Part shown: piece by piece, positions 10,110 to 21,899 of the stretch
Layout: the number at the start of each line of letters is the position of its first letter
Position numbering within the stretch: the first letter of the stretch is position 1
Assembly (NCBI GenBank): GCA_963771175.1
Contig: CAVYSY010000032.1
Location: 448,001 to 512,000 of the forward strand
Source: an uncultured delta proteobacterium
GTDB lineage: Bacteria > Myxococcota > Myxococcia > Myxococcales > Myxococcaceae
Direction of reading: 5' to 3'
DNA: 64,000 nucleotides
Program-made: the position numbers and the translations under genes
The notes under the pieces: model-generated
Database searches by the model: none
What the model saw: only the letters and a program-made list of their open reading frames with translations
Told to the model about the DNA's origin: nothing

Positions 10110-10622
10110 TCACAGACGCGCCAGGGCGTCCGTCACGCGTTTCTTGAGTCGTGGCTTCTCGACGCTCTCCCAGATCGGTCCCGACCAGGTGAGCGCGTCG
10201 ATGGGTTTCGTGAGCGCCTCGAGTTGTTGCTTCTTCTGGTCCATCGGCAGGCCCGAGCGGCTGATGCGCTCGGCCTCGGTTCCCACCAGCGCGTTGAGCA
10301 GGTCGTACGCGCACACCAGGTAGATGTCCTCCTCCATCAACGGGCCCGTCGGCGGCGACATGCGACCGCTCTCGATGATCTTCTCGTGCTCCCGAGTGAC
10401 CTGGGCGAACCGCTCCGCGTAGGGAGCCGGCCCCGAGGCCAGGGAGACCAGACGCGAGAAGCCCTCGCGATAGACGGGACCGAGCTTCTTGAGGTCCTTG
10501 TGGCAGCGCTCGGCTTCAGGCTGGTAGGGCAGTTTGAACATGTTCGTGTCGGTAGGTGGCGGGCGGGTGCAACCGCCGAGAGCCATCAACAGGCCCGTGA
10601 GGACTACTCGTAGGTGACCCAA
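10110..10622 (-). CDS. Hypothetical lipoprotein, candidate immunity protein
   Basis: Probable TTG start overlapping the upstream stop; signal GHLRVVLTGLLMALGG-C (lipobox LGGC). Confidence 0.65.
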   Translation of the reverse strand: MGHLRVVLTGLLMALGGCTRPPPTDTNMFKLPYQPEAERCHKDLKKLGPVYREGFSRLVSLASGPAPYAERFAQVTREHEKIIESGRMSPPTGPLMEEDIYLVCAYDLLNALVGTEAERISRSGLPMDQKKQQLEALTKPIDALTWSGPIWESVEKPRLKKRVTDALARL

Positions 10623-12010
10623 AGACGTCCCTGACCGGCCGAGAAGTTCGTGTTCCCGTCCACGATGTCCTTGTGGTTCACCCACTGGGTATTGCCGTTC
10701 CACGGGTCGGTGAGGAGGTACTGGCGGTCATCCCCCCTGCCGCGCACGTCGGTCAGCATCTGCACGTGCGAGCCACCACCGGTCCACGCCACCACGATGG
10801 GGACGTCCTGACCATTTCGCAGGAGCTGGTCGGCACGGTCCATCGCGGCGGTGCGGGCCTCCGGCGTGTCGGGCAGGGTGTTCTTGGTATAGGTCTTGTT
10901 GGTGTACGTCCCCACCTTGTCGTTGAGCGTGTTGCCCGTCTCGGGCCACATGCCGATGCCACCGGCCTCGTTGGGGTCGCGCGTCTTGGCGGCACCGCCG
11001 TTGCCATCGAGGATGGCCCGCTGCTCGTCCGCGAGCATCCCCGTGGAGCCGAGGGTGTGGATGGGGTCCTTGTGCCCCGCGAGCGCGTAGACGGGGTCGG
11101 CGTCCGCCCGGGCGATCTGCATCGAGGTGGGGCCGCACGACATGGTGAAGCGCTGCTGCAGGGCCCCGGCACCGCCGTCCAGGTCGATGAAGGTGGCCTT
11201 GCGGACCAGCTCATCGCGCGGCATGCCCTTGATCTGCGCGGAGTAGTTGAGCACCTCCTGCATCGTCGAGGAGGGCTGGCCCACGAGGCCGCGAGCCTTG
11301 TCCCAGAAACCCGGGCTGGCCAGCTCGTCCTTGCGCGCCGCGACCGCCTTGAGGACGAGGGCGCGCTCGGTCTGCACGTCCGCGCCGCTCGCCTCGCACA
11401 CCTTGTCGCGCGCGCTGCCGTAGTCGAGCGTCTTCTTGAGCTGCTCGTAGTCGGACGCCGGCATGGTGATCATCGCCTGGGCCGCGTCGAGCGCCTGCTG
11501 CTTGCCGAGCACGCCCTCGGTGCCCGCGGTGCTGCCAGTCCGCGCCCGCGCCACACCATCCGTCAACGTGTGGACGACGTCGTTGGTGATGCGATCCGGA
11601 CGGGTGTCCTGCAGCGTCTTGAGCTGGAGGTAGGTCGAGAGCGCGCGGTCCGGGTTCTTCGAGGAGAGCACCGTCTGGAGATACGTCGTCTCCTGCTGCC
11701 GCGTGGCGGGGTCCATCTTCGCCAGGCGCTCGTTCATCTGCACGAGGTCCCCGGCGGGGATGGTGTCCTTGGGAAGCTTGTCGAGCGTCTTCTGCAGCTC
11801 CGGTGGAGTGGTCGCCCCGCCTCCGCCGGGAGCCGGAGAGCCCTTGACGAACTCGGACCGGGCCATCTGGTTGGCGGTGTTCTGCACCGCCGTGTTCTGG
11901 GTCGCCGTGTTCTGCACCGCCGGTTTCTGGACGGTGTTCTCGACAGGCGTCTCCGTGCGCTGCGTGGGCATCGACGTCTTGGGTGCGACGCGATCAATGG
12001 ACATGCGCAA
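10604..12010 (-). CDS. Protein with low-complexity N-terminus and C-terminal papain/C39-like cysteine peptidase domain
   Basis: QQRFTMSCGPTS (Q, C), GGSHVQML (H), LTDPW (D); QNTA repeats near the N-terminus. Confidence 0.65.
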   Translation of the reverse strand: MRMSIDRVAPKTSMPTQRTETPVENTVQKPAVQNTATQNTAVQNTANQMARSEFVKGSPAPGGGGATTPPELQKTLDKLPKDTIPAGDLVQMNERLAKMDPATRQQETTYLQTVLSSKNPDRALSTYLQLKTLQDTRPDRITNDVVHTLTDGVARARTGSTAGTEGVLGKQQALDAAQAMITMPASDYEQLKKTLDYGSARDKVCEASGADVQTERALVLKAVAARKDELASPGFWDKARGLVGQPSSTMQEVLNYSAQIKGMPRDELVRKATFIDLDGGAGALQQRFTMSCGPTSMQIARADADPVYALAGHKDPIHTLGSTGMLADEQRAILDGNGGAAKTRDPNEAGGIGMWPETGNTLNDKVGTYTNKTYTKNTLPDTPEARTAAMDRADQLLRNGQDVPIVVAWTGGGSHVQMLTDVRGRGDDRQYLLTDPWNGNTQWVNHKDIVDGNTNFSAGQGRLWVTYE

Positions 12011-12040
12011 ATCCCCCTTTGCTCAAGCCCGGTGACGCTA

Positions 12041-12406
12041 TCACAAGTGGTCGGATGCGAGCGCGCGGCGGATCACCGGGGTGAGCTCTGTCGCCCCGAG
12101 CGCGTCCAACGCAAGCTCCCAGCGGCCCTCGGCACAGAGACCGCTCATGCCCGCGTCCTCATAGGCCTGCCGAGCCGCTGACGACAGCGCCTCGCGCACC
12201 GCCTCGGCGACCGCGCGACCGGCTTCGTCGCAGCGTTTGCACTCGAGCTCGACACCGAGCCGGCTGCGCCGTCCCTCCTCGGTGAGGATCCACGGACGCT
12301 CCATCCACGGCGGCTGATGGCGCATGTGCTGCCGGTGGCCGCACGCGAGGTCGGCGACCCAGTGGTTCTCACTGTCGAGATGGAATCCCGTGATGGGCTG
12401 CTTCAT
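12041..12406 (-). CDS. DUF3565 domain protein with C-terminal helical extension
   Basis: MKQPITGFHLDSENHWVADLACGHRQHMRHQPPW...CKRCD. Confidence 0.8.
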   Translation of the reverse strand: MKQPITGFHLDSENHWVADLACGHRQHMRHQPPWMERPWILTEEGRRSRLGVELECKRCDEAGRAVAEAVREALSSAARQAYEDAGMSGLCAEGRWELALDALGATELTPVIRRALASDHL

Positions 12407-12492
12407 CAGCGCCGGCTCCTCTGGAGAGTACCCAGGCGACGGGGCGCCTCCGTCTTGTGCACTCCAGAACACATGCCCAACTTTCCAGGGTC

Positions 12493-12726
12493 ATGAAGAC
12501 CCTGAGCATGATGCCCGCCTGGATGCTGTACCTGCTCGCGCCGATGATGGCGCTCGCCCAGACCGCTCCGCCCTCCGACAGCCAGCGACAGGACCAGTAT
12601 GTCGTGAGCAGTCCCGCGCTCTGGCTCTGGGTGGCGATGCTCGTGGTGGCGGCGGCGGCCTTCGCGTTCGTCTCCTTCCGCCTGTCGAAGCGGAGGCAGC
12701 CACCGCACCGTCCGAGCACACCCTGA
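12493..12726 (+). CDS. Small protein with signal peptide and C-terminal TM anchor
   Basis: Signal ending ALA-Q, short linker, hydrophobic helix followed by RLSKRR. Confidence 0.6.
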   Translation: MKTLSMMPAWMLYLLAPMMALAQTAPPSDSQRQDQYVVSSPALWLWVAMLVVAAAAFAFVSFRLSKRRQPPHRPSTP

Positions 12727-12732
12727 CGCGGC

Positions 12733-13605
12733 TCAGGGCGAGTCCGCGGCGGCCTTGGCCTCGCCCTGCTTGCCCGAGGGGAGATCCGGAATCAGGAGGA
12801 TCTCGATGCGCCGGTTGCGAGCGCGACCCGTGGGCGTGGCATTGGTGGCCACGGGCTTGGTCTGGCCATGGCCCGCGGCCACGAGCCGGCCCGCCGGGAC
12901 AGCGGCATGCTCGTTCAGGAAGCGCACCACGTTCACCGCGCGGGCCACGGACAGCTCCCAGTTCGTCGGGTAGGTCGCCACCAGCCGCTGCGAGGGCGGC
13001 GCATCATCCGTGTGGCCCGACACGAAGATGGAGCGGCCCTCCACCTTCGCGAGCACCGCGCCCAGCCGCGACAGCACCTCGCTGCCACGCGGGTTGAGGC
13101 TGGCCTCGCCCGAGTCGAAGAGAATCTTGTCCACGAGGTCCACCTGGATGCGGCCCGCGGCCTGCGACAGACGGATCTCCCCATCGGCGATCTCCGCCTT
13201 CAGCTTCTGCTCGATGTCCTCGTAGGTGGCCTTGAGGCGCGCCAGCTCGGCCTCCTTCTCCGCCACCGTCTGCTGGAGCTGGTCGCGCTCGCTGGACAGC
13301 CGGGTGCGCTCGTCCTCGAGTGCCGTGAGCTTCTGGTCCCGCGCCGCGAGCTGCTCCGAGAGCTTCGCCTCCAGCTCCTTGCGCGCCTGCTCCGAGGTCT
13401 CTACCTGCGCGCGCGCGTCCGCGGCCGACTTCTCCGCGCCCTCCGCGCGAGCCTTCTGCTCCGACCAGGCTCCGAAGCCGTAGTAGCCCGCGACACCGGC
13501 GAGGAGCACCACCAGCACCGTCACCAGCCACGGAACCCAGGGCTTCGAGCCACGACTCCGGGGAGCAATCCCCTTGGCGTACACCGTCTCATTGTCTCCA
13601 GACAT
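12733..13605 (-). CDS. OmpA/MotB-family protein (TM, coiled coil, peptidoglycan-binding domain)
   Basis: ILFDSG, VSGHTD, TNWELSVARA, RARNRRIEI. Confidence 0.9.
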   Translation of the reverse strand: MSGDNETVYAKGIAPRSRGSKPWVPWLVTVLVVLLAGVAGYYGFGAWSEQKARAEGAEKSAADARAQVETSEQARKELEAKLSEQLAARDQKLTALEDERTRLSSERDQLQQTVAEKEAELARLKATYEDIEQKLKAEIADGEIRLSQAAGRIQVDLVDKILFDSGEASLNPRGSEVLSRLGAVLAKVEGRSIFVSGHTDDAPPSQRLVATYPTNWELSVARAVNVVRFLNEHAAVPAGRLVAAGHGQTKPVATNATPTGRARNRRIEILLIPDLPSGKQGEAKAAADSP

Positions 13606-13697
13606 GGCGGTGAAGCTAGAGGCCCCGCCCGGTGCGCCTCAAGGAGGCACAGGTGAGCGCAGGTGTCTGGAGGTGCAAGGTTCCACTCGTGGTGGAC

Positions 13698-14090
13698 TCA
13701 GACGGAGGGGCCGCTCGCCGCGCGCAGGGCGTCGATGAGCTCGTCGGCCGACACCGGGTGGCCCTGCCCTTCCGGCGTGAAGAAGATGCCCACCGGCATC
13801 CCCTCCTCGGCGAGCTGCGGCAGCACGTTGTCGATCAACTCCCGCAGCTTGATGGGGCGGGGCTGGAAGCCGGACCACAGCCGCGTGGCGCAGAGGGCGG
13901 CGAACTCGGGCGCGGGCCAGAGCGGCAGCACGTCCCGCCCGGCGTCGTCGAGCGCGAGCGCCCAGCCCTCGCCATCGAGCCCCCAGACCTCGCCGGATTC
14001 CACCACGCGCTGGAGGAAGTACGAATAGCGGCGGGCAGCGGGTAACCGCAGCACGGCCTGCACACGTTCCTGGCTTTGCTCACGTTCCAT
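13698..14090 (-). CDS. DUF2750 domain protein
   Basis: RYSYFLQRVVESGEVWGL...GWAL...LPLWP..EFA. Confidence 0.8.
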   Translation of the reverse strand: MEREQSQERVQAVLRLPAARRYSYFLQRVVESGEVWGLDGEGWALALDDAGRDVLPLWPAPEFAALCATRLWSGFQPRPIKLRELIDNVLPQLAEEGMPVGIFFTPEGQGHPVSADELIDALRAASGPSV

Positions 14091-15090
14091 TCGTCCTCCC
14101 ATTCCTCGAAGAAGGATTCATCACCGGTCCGACATGGGCCACGCCACCGGCGACCCCACCCACCAGCGAGGTCACCTCCTCGGCACAACCCCAGGAGAGC
14201 GTCACGCCCGCGCCTCCGTGTCCGTAGTTGTGGATGACGCACCGCCCCTCCACCCGCTCCACCTCGAGGCGCACCGAGGGCCGCCCGGGCCGCAGCCCCA
14301 CGAGGTGTTGCAGCACGTGGATGCGGGTGCCCTCGGGGAGCAGCCGCGCCGCGCGCGCGAGGATGGCCTCGGCCTGCGCCGGGTCGGGCTCCAGCGATGC
14401 GTTCCCCTCCTCGGCCGTGCCGCCGAGGATGCAGTCGTGGGTGCGGGGAATGATGTAGGTCATGCCGCGAGTCTCGTCTTCGTCGAGGAGGAAGCGCTCT
14501 ACCGGGAGCGGCGCCACGCGGAGCACCTCGCCGCGGATGGGGAAGAGCGACTCGTCCCCCAGCAGGGAGCGCGAGCCCAGGCCGGTGCAGTTGACCACCA
14601 GCGGAGCCACCGCCCAGGCCTCGTCCAGCGAGCGCACCTCGCGCGGATGGATGGAGCCCCCGAGCTGGCGGAAGCGCGCCAGCAGGTAGGGGAGGTAGCG
14701 CGGCATGTCGATGACGGGGGCCTCGAAGACGAAGCCATCCACGTAGCCGGGGAGCAGCTCGGCTGGAGTGGCCCGGCGGAAGTCGGGCACGCACGAGCGC
14801 CACCACGGGTCGGGAGCAGGCTCGCGCAGGAGCTCGAGCCCGAGGACCTTGCGCACGCCGGTGTCGGGCCGGGTGGCGAGCGCGCACAGCTCGTCGAAGG
14901 TGCGACCGGCCCAGGCGGTGACGCGCTCCTGGGGGAATGCGCGGTACGGGTACCAGACGGCCGCCGCGATATCGGAGGTGGTGTGCGGGGGCTGCTCGCG
15001 CGCCCAGATCTCCACCGTGTGACCGGCTTCAAGCAGCCGGACACCACAAGACAGGCCGGAGACTCCACAACCGAGAATGACGACGTGCAT
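14080..15090 (-). CDS. D-amino acid oxidase family FAD oxidoreductase
   Basis: GCGVSGLS, TTSDIAAA, VNCTGLGS, GLRPGR, HNYGHGGAGVTLSWGCA. Confidence 0.9.
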   Translation of the reverse strand: MHVVILGCGVSGLSCGVRLLEAGHTVEIWAREQPPHTTSDIAAAVWYPYRAFPQERVTAWAGRTFDELCALATRPDTGVRKVLGLELLREPAPDPWWRSCVPDFRRATPAELLPGYVDGFVFEAPVIDMPRYLPYLLARFRQLGGSIHPREVRSLDEAWAVAPLVVNCTGLGSRSLLGDESLFPIRGEVLRVAPLPVERFLLDEDETRGMTYIIPRTHDCILGGTAEEGNASLEPDPAQAEAILARAARLLPEGTRIHVLQHLVGLRPGRPSVRLEVERVEGRCVIHNYGHGGAGVTLSWGCAEEVTSLVGGVAGGVAHVGPVMNPSSRNGRTNGT

Positions 15091-15194
15091 GGGGGAACAG
15101 GGGAGCGATTCCCAGTTCTAGCGCGGATGGGGCCGGAAGCGTGAATGCCTCCCTCACTCCATGTAATCGAGGGGTGGAGGTATCTTCCCCGGCG

Positions 15195-15980
15195 ATGCCT
15201 CCCCCCATCGGTCTGCTGACGGATTTCGGCTTGACGGACACCTACGTGGGCCAGATGAAGGCGGCCATCCTCCGGGTCGCCCCGACGGCCGTCCTGGTGG
15301 ACCTCACGCATGCGGTGCCCGCCCAGGACGTGAGGGGAGGCGCGTTCCTACTGTGGAGCGCGGTGGAGGCCTTCCCCGAGGGCTCCTTGCAGCTCGCGGT
15401 GGTGGATCCGGGCGTGGGCTCGACGCGACGCGCCGTGGCGGCCCGGACGCGGCGGGGAGACGTGCTGGTGGGTCCGGACAACGGACTGCTGGTGCCGGCC
15501 ATCGAGCAGCTCGGGGGGCTGGCCGCGGCGGTCGAGCTGACCGAGCCCGCGTATTGGGGCCCTCGCAAGTCGAGAACCTTCCACGGAAGGGACCTGTTCG
15601 CTCCAGTGGTGGGGCACCTGGCGACGGGCGTCCCGCTGGAGAAGCTCGGCCCCGCGCTGCACCACCTGCAAACCCCCTTCTCCTTCCCACCGCCGACGGA
15701 GGAGGACGGGTGCCCGGTGGGCGAGGTCCTCCACGTGGACACCTACGGCAACCTCATCACCAACCTCCCCGGAGCGTTGCTGCCGGCGCGCTTCCGGGTG
15801 CACCTCGGGTCCACGGTCATCGAGGGCGCGCCCCACGCGCACTACCAGGTCGTCACTTCCGGTGAACCGCTCTCACTCGTGGGCAGTGCGGGGCTGTTGG
15901 AGGTGTCGGTGCGGGACGGCAGCGCGGCCGAGGTGCTCGGCGTGGGCCGGGGCGCACGCGTGCACATCGAGCCGGCTTGA
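15195..15980 (+). CDS. SAM hydroxide adenosyltransferase / SAM-dependent halogenase family (DUF62)
   Basis: LLTDFG..DTYVGQMK, VVDPGVGSTRR, GPDNGLL, SRTFHGRDLFAP, VDTYGN. Confidence 0.9.
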   Translation: MPPPIGLLTDFGLTDTYVGQMKAAILRVAPTAVLVDLTHAVPAQDVRGGAFLLWSAVEAFPEGSLQLAVVDPGVGSTRRAVAARTRRGDVLVGPDNGLLVPAIEQLGGLAAAVELTEPAYWGPRKSRTFHGRDLFAPVVGHLATGVPLEKLGPALHHLQTPFSFPPPTEEDGCPVGEVLHVDTYGNLITNLPGALLPARFRVHLGSTVIEGAPHAHYQVVTSGEPLSLVGSAGLLEVSVRDGSAAEVLGVGRGARVHIEPA

Positions 15981-16033
15981 CCCTTCCTGTCGAGCGACTC
16001 CGTGCCCAGCTTGTCCACGAAGGAGCCATGCGC

Positions 16034-16630
16034 ATGGGGACGGAGCGGCCGAGGCGGAAAGCACCCGGCTGGGCGAAGGCCCACATCTACACGGTAGGCC
16101 ACTCCACCCGCTCGACGGAGGAGCTGGTGGAGCTGCTGCACGCGCACGGCATCCGGACGCTCGTGGACATCCGCACGGTGCCCCGCTCTCGCACCAATCC
16201 CCAGTTCAACCAGGACACTCTTCCGAAGACGCTCGCACGGGCGGACATCCGGTACGTCCACCTGCCACGGCTCGGGGGCCTGCGCCACGCACGCAAGGAC
16301 TCACCCAATAGCGCGTGGCGCAACGCCAGCTTCCGGGGCTACGCGGACTACATGGGGACCGACGAGTTCGCCCAGGGGCTCGAGGAGTTGCGCGAGCTCA
16401 CCGAGGACGGGCCGCTGGCCCTCATGTGCGCCGAGGCCATGCGCTGGCGCTGCCACCGCACCCTCGTGGCGGACGCGCTGTACGCACGAGGCGTGGTGGC
16501 ACTGCACATCACCAGCCGCACCCGCGCCGTGCCCCACGAGCTCACGCCCTTCGCGGTGCTGCACGGCCGGCAGGTGCTCTACCCGGGCACGCCCGAGGCC
16601 GGGGCGGAGGCCTCCGCTCCCGCGCCTTGA
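16034..16630 (+). CDS. DUF488 domain protein
   Basis: IYTVGHSTR, LVDIRTVPRSR.NPQF, LGGLR, MCAE..WRCHR. Confidence 0.88.
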   Translation: MGTERPRRKAPGWAKAHIYTVGHSTRSTEELVELLHAHGIRTLVDIRTVPRSRTNPQFNQDTLPKTLARADIRYVHLPRLGGLRHARKDSPNSAWRNASFRGYADYMGTDEFAQGLEELRELTEDGPLALMCAEAMRWRCHRTLVADALYARGVVALHITSRTRAVPHELTPFAVLHGRQVLYPGTPEAGAEASAPAP

Positions 16631-16642
16631 GCCGGGTTCTCC

Positions 16643-17020
16643 TCAGGCAGTCTCGCGCACGCGCTGACCGAAGGGCGCGAGCGCGAGGAACGCGAGCTTC
16701 AAGTGCTGGAGCGCGAACGGGATGCCGATGATCGTCACCGCGAGCGACAACCCGAGCGCGAGGTGGCTCAGGAAGATCCACACCCCAGCGACCACGAGCC
16801 AGAAGACGTTCAGCACGCAGCCAATGCCGCCGCTGCCCTTCTGCTCGGTGATGTCCTTGCCGAAGGGCATCAGCGCCAGACCGGCGATCTTGAAGCACTG
16901 CACCCCAAAGGGGATGCCCACGATGGTGAGGCAGAGAAGCAGGCCGCCGAGCAGGTACTCGAGCCAGATGACGAACCCACCGCCGAACACGATCCACAAG
17001 AGGTTCAGGAGCAATCGCAT
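16643..17020 (-). CDS. yccF: YccF-family inner membrane protein
   Basis: Two repeats of LN..W....G...TI(V/I)GIPF....PFG. Confidence 0.85.
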   Translation of the reverse strand: MRLLLNLLWIVFGGGFVIWLEYLLGGLLLCLTIVGIPFGVQCFKIAGLALMPFGKDITEQKGSGGIGCVLNVFWLVVAGVWIFLSHLALGLSLAVTIIGIPFALQHLKLAFLALAPFGQRVRETA

Positions 17021-17101
17021 GTCCTGCACCTAAATGGGATTGGGCCCATCATTCAAGGGCCCAAGTACCTGGAGCCCGGCGCACTGCTATGCTCGGAGGC
17101 G

Positions 17102-17291
17102 ATGAAGCGCGCGTCGGAACCCGGGGGACAGCCAATCATGCTCGCGCTGTTCGTGTTCGCCGTGGCGGCGCTCCTCTTCGGCTCGCCCCTGCGCCAGCTC
17201 TGGCTGCGCGAGGGCGCCCCCTGGTACCAGCCCTTCACCGTGTGGCTCGGCGTCATCGGGCTCGGGGCCTGGGCCGCACGCCGGAGCGGCC

Positions 17292-17302
<11 letters not shown>
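17102..17302 (+). CDS. cbrX: CbrX-like small two-TM peptide overlapping the kinase start
   Basis: ...LLFGSPLRQLWLREGAPWYQPFTVWLGVI... resembles the LFSP...W...WYRP..LW pattern I recall for Pseudomonas CbrX; 11-nt overlap with the next gene. Confidence 0.7.
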
Positions 17303-20247
<2,945 letters not shown>

Positions 20248-20375
20248 CATGACGCGTCTCGTCACGCCGTTTGGAAGTGGACAGAAACCCGGGCAACGGG
20301 ACTACCCTCTCGGTCAAGCCTTCCGAGGGATTCGCCCAGTTCCCGCGAGCGGCCTCGGAAGGGGGGGCAGCAGCC

Positions 20376-21737
20376 ATGAGCCGCATCCTGGTCATCGAGG
20401 ACGAGCCCGTCATCCGCACCGAGCTGCGGCGCCTGTTGACGCGAGCGGGACACGACGTGGCCGAGGCGAGAGCCATCCACGAGGCCGAGACCGACTACGC
20501 GCTGGACACGTTCGACCTCATCCTGAGCGACCTGCGCCTGCCGGGCGCGCCGGGCACGGACGTCATCGCCAAGGCGCCGGGCGTGCCGGTGCTCATCATG
20601 ACGAGCTACGCCACGGTGCGCTCGGCGGTGGATGCCATGAAGCTGGGCGCGGTGGACTACATCGCCAAGCCCTTCGACCATGACGAGCTGCTGCTCCAGG
20701 TGGAGCGCGTGCTGCGCGAGGGCCGACTGAGCCGGCAGAACGCCGCGCTGAAGCGCGAGGTGGAGCGCGCGTACGCGGTGAGCGGGATGGTGGGCACCTG
20801 CGCGGCCATGCGTGAGGTATTCGAGCGCGTCCGCAAGGTGGCGGCCTCGCCGGCCACGGTGCTGGTGCTGGGCGAGTCCGGCACGGGCAAGGAGCTGGTG
20901 GCGCGCGCCCTCCACGCGCAGAGCCCCCGGCATGACGGGCCACTGGTGGCCGTCAACTGCGCCGCCATCCCCGAGGGCCTGCTGGAGTCCGAGCTGTTCG
21001 GCCACGAGAAGGGCGCCTTCACCGGAGCACAGACGGCGCACGCGGGCCTGGTGGAGAGCGCGGACGGGGGCACGCTCTTCCTCGACGAGATTGGCGAGCT
21101 TCCCGCCCCGGCCCAGGCCCGCCTGCTGCGGATGATGCAGGACGGAGAGGTTCGACGCGTGGGCGCCACGCGCTCGCGCAAGGTGGACGTGCGCATCGTC
21201 GCCGCCACCCACCGGGACCTGCCCAAGCGCGTCCAGGAGGGCGCCTTCCGGCAGGATCTCTACTTCCGCCTGCGCGTGGTGGAGATCAAGCTGCCGCCCC
21301 TGCGCGAACGTGGCGAGGACGTCCCGGCGCTCGCGAAGCACCTGCTGGAGAAGGCGTGCCAGCGGCTCAACCGCCCCCCCGCGACGTTCTCGCCCGAGGC
21401 GCTGGCGACCATCGCCACGCACCCCTGGCCCGGCAACGTGCGCGAGCTGGAGAACGCCCTCGAGCGGGCCGTCATCCTCGCCGATGGCCCGGTCATCACG
21501 CCCGGGCTGCTCGCGCTGGAGCCCGGTGGCAACAGCGCCTTCGAGACGCCGGAGCTGCCCGATCCCGGCATCGAGGGCAGCGCCTCGCCCGACTCGCTGG
21601 AGGAGTACTTCCGCCGCTTCGTGCTGGAGCACCAGGAGAAGTTGGGCGAGACGGAGCTGGCGCGCCGGCTGGGTATCAGCCGCAAGGCCCTCTGGGAGCG
21701 GCGCCAGCGGCTCGGCATTCCTCGCATGCGCGCCTGA
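20376..21737 (+). CDS. cbrB: CbrB-like sigma54-dependent response regulator
   Basis: REC domain, GESGTGKE, intact GAFTGA; C-terminal SLEEYFRRFVLEHQ...ETELARRLGISRKALWERRQRLGIPR closely resembles CbrB as I recall it. Confidence 0.85.
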   Translation: MSRILVIEDEPVIRTELRRLLTRAGHDVAEARAIHEAETDYALDTFDLILSDLRLPGAPGTDVIAKAPGVPVLIMTSYATVRSAVDAMKLGAVDYIAKPFDHDELLLQVERVLREGRLSRQNAALKREVERAYAVSGMVGTCAAMREVFERVRKVAASPATVLVLGESGTGKELVARALHAQSPRHDGPLVAVNCAAIPEGLLESELFGHEKGAFTGAQTAHAGLVESADGGTLFLDEIGELPAPAQARLLRMMQDGEVRRVGATRSRKVDVRIVAATHRDLPKRVQEGAFRQDLYFRLRVVEIKLPPLRERGEDVPALAKHLLEKACQRLNRPPATFSPEALATIATHPWPGNVRELENALERAVILADGPVITPGLLALEPGGNSAFETPELPDPGIEGSASPDSLEEYFRRFVLEHQEKLGETELARRLGISRKALWERRQRLGIPRMRA

Positions 21738-21899
21738 TGAAGCGCTCGTCAGTCCCCGCAGTGACCAATCCGTGACAGTCCGGGCGTGTTCTGCCCTCAA
21801 CGTCCGCACGCGCCGGGCCCGTGGGCCGAGCGCCATCCCGTGCTCTCTTGTGCTTCCAGACGCTCTCCCGGAGTTGGGGGGAGCAGGGGAGCCGCGTCC

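Noticed and set aside
12733..13605. Flagellar stator MotB
   Set aside because: No motA partner and no conserved TM Asp motif; a generic OmpA/MotB-domain protein
15195..15980. Fluorinase/chlorinase activity
   Set aside because: The retained Asp-Arg-His type motifs (VVDPGVGSTRR, TFHGRD) fit the common DUF62 SAM hydrolase, and there is no halometabolite cluster nearby
21738..21899. CrcZ-like sRNA after cbrB, as in Pseudomonas
   Set aside because: The region is short and GC-rich, with no AANAANAA motifs and no clear sigma54 element
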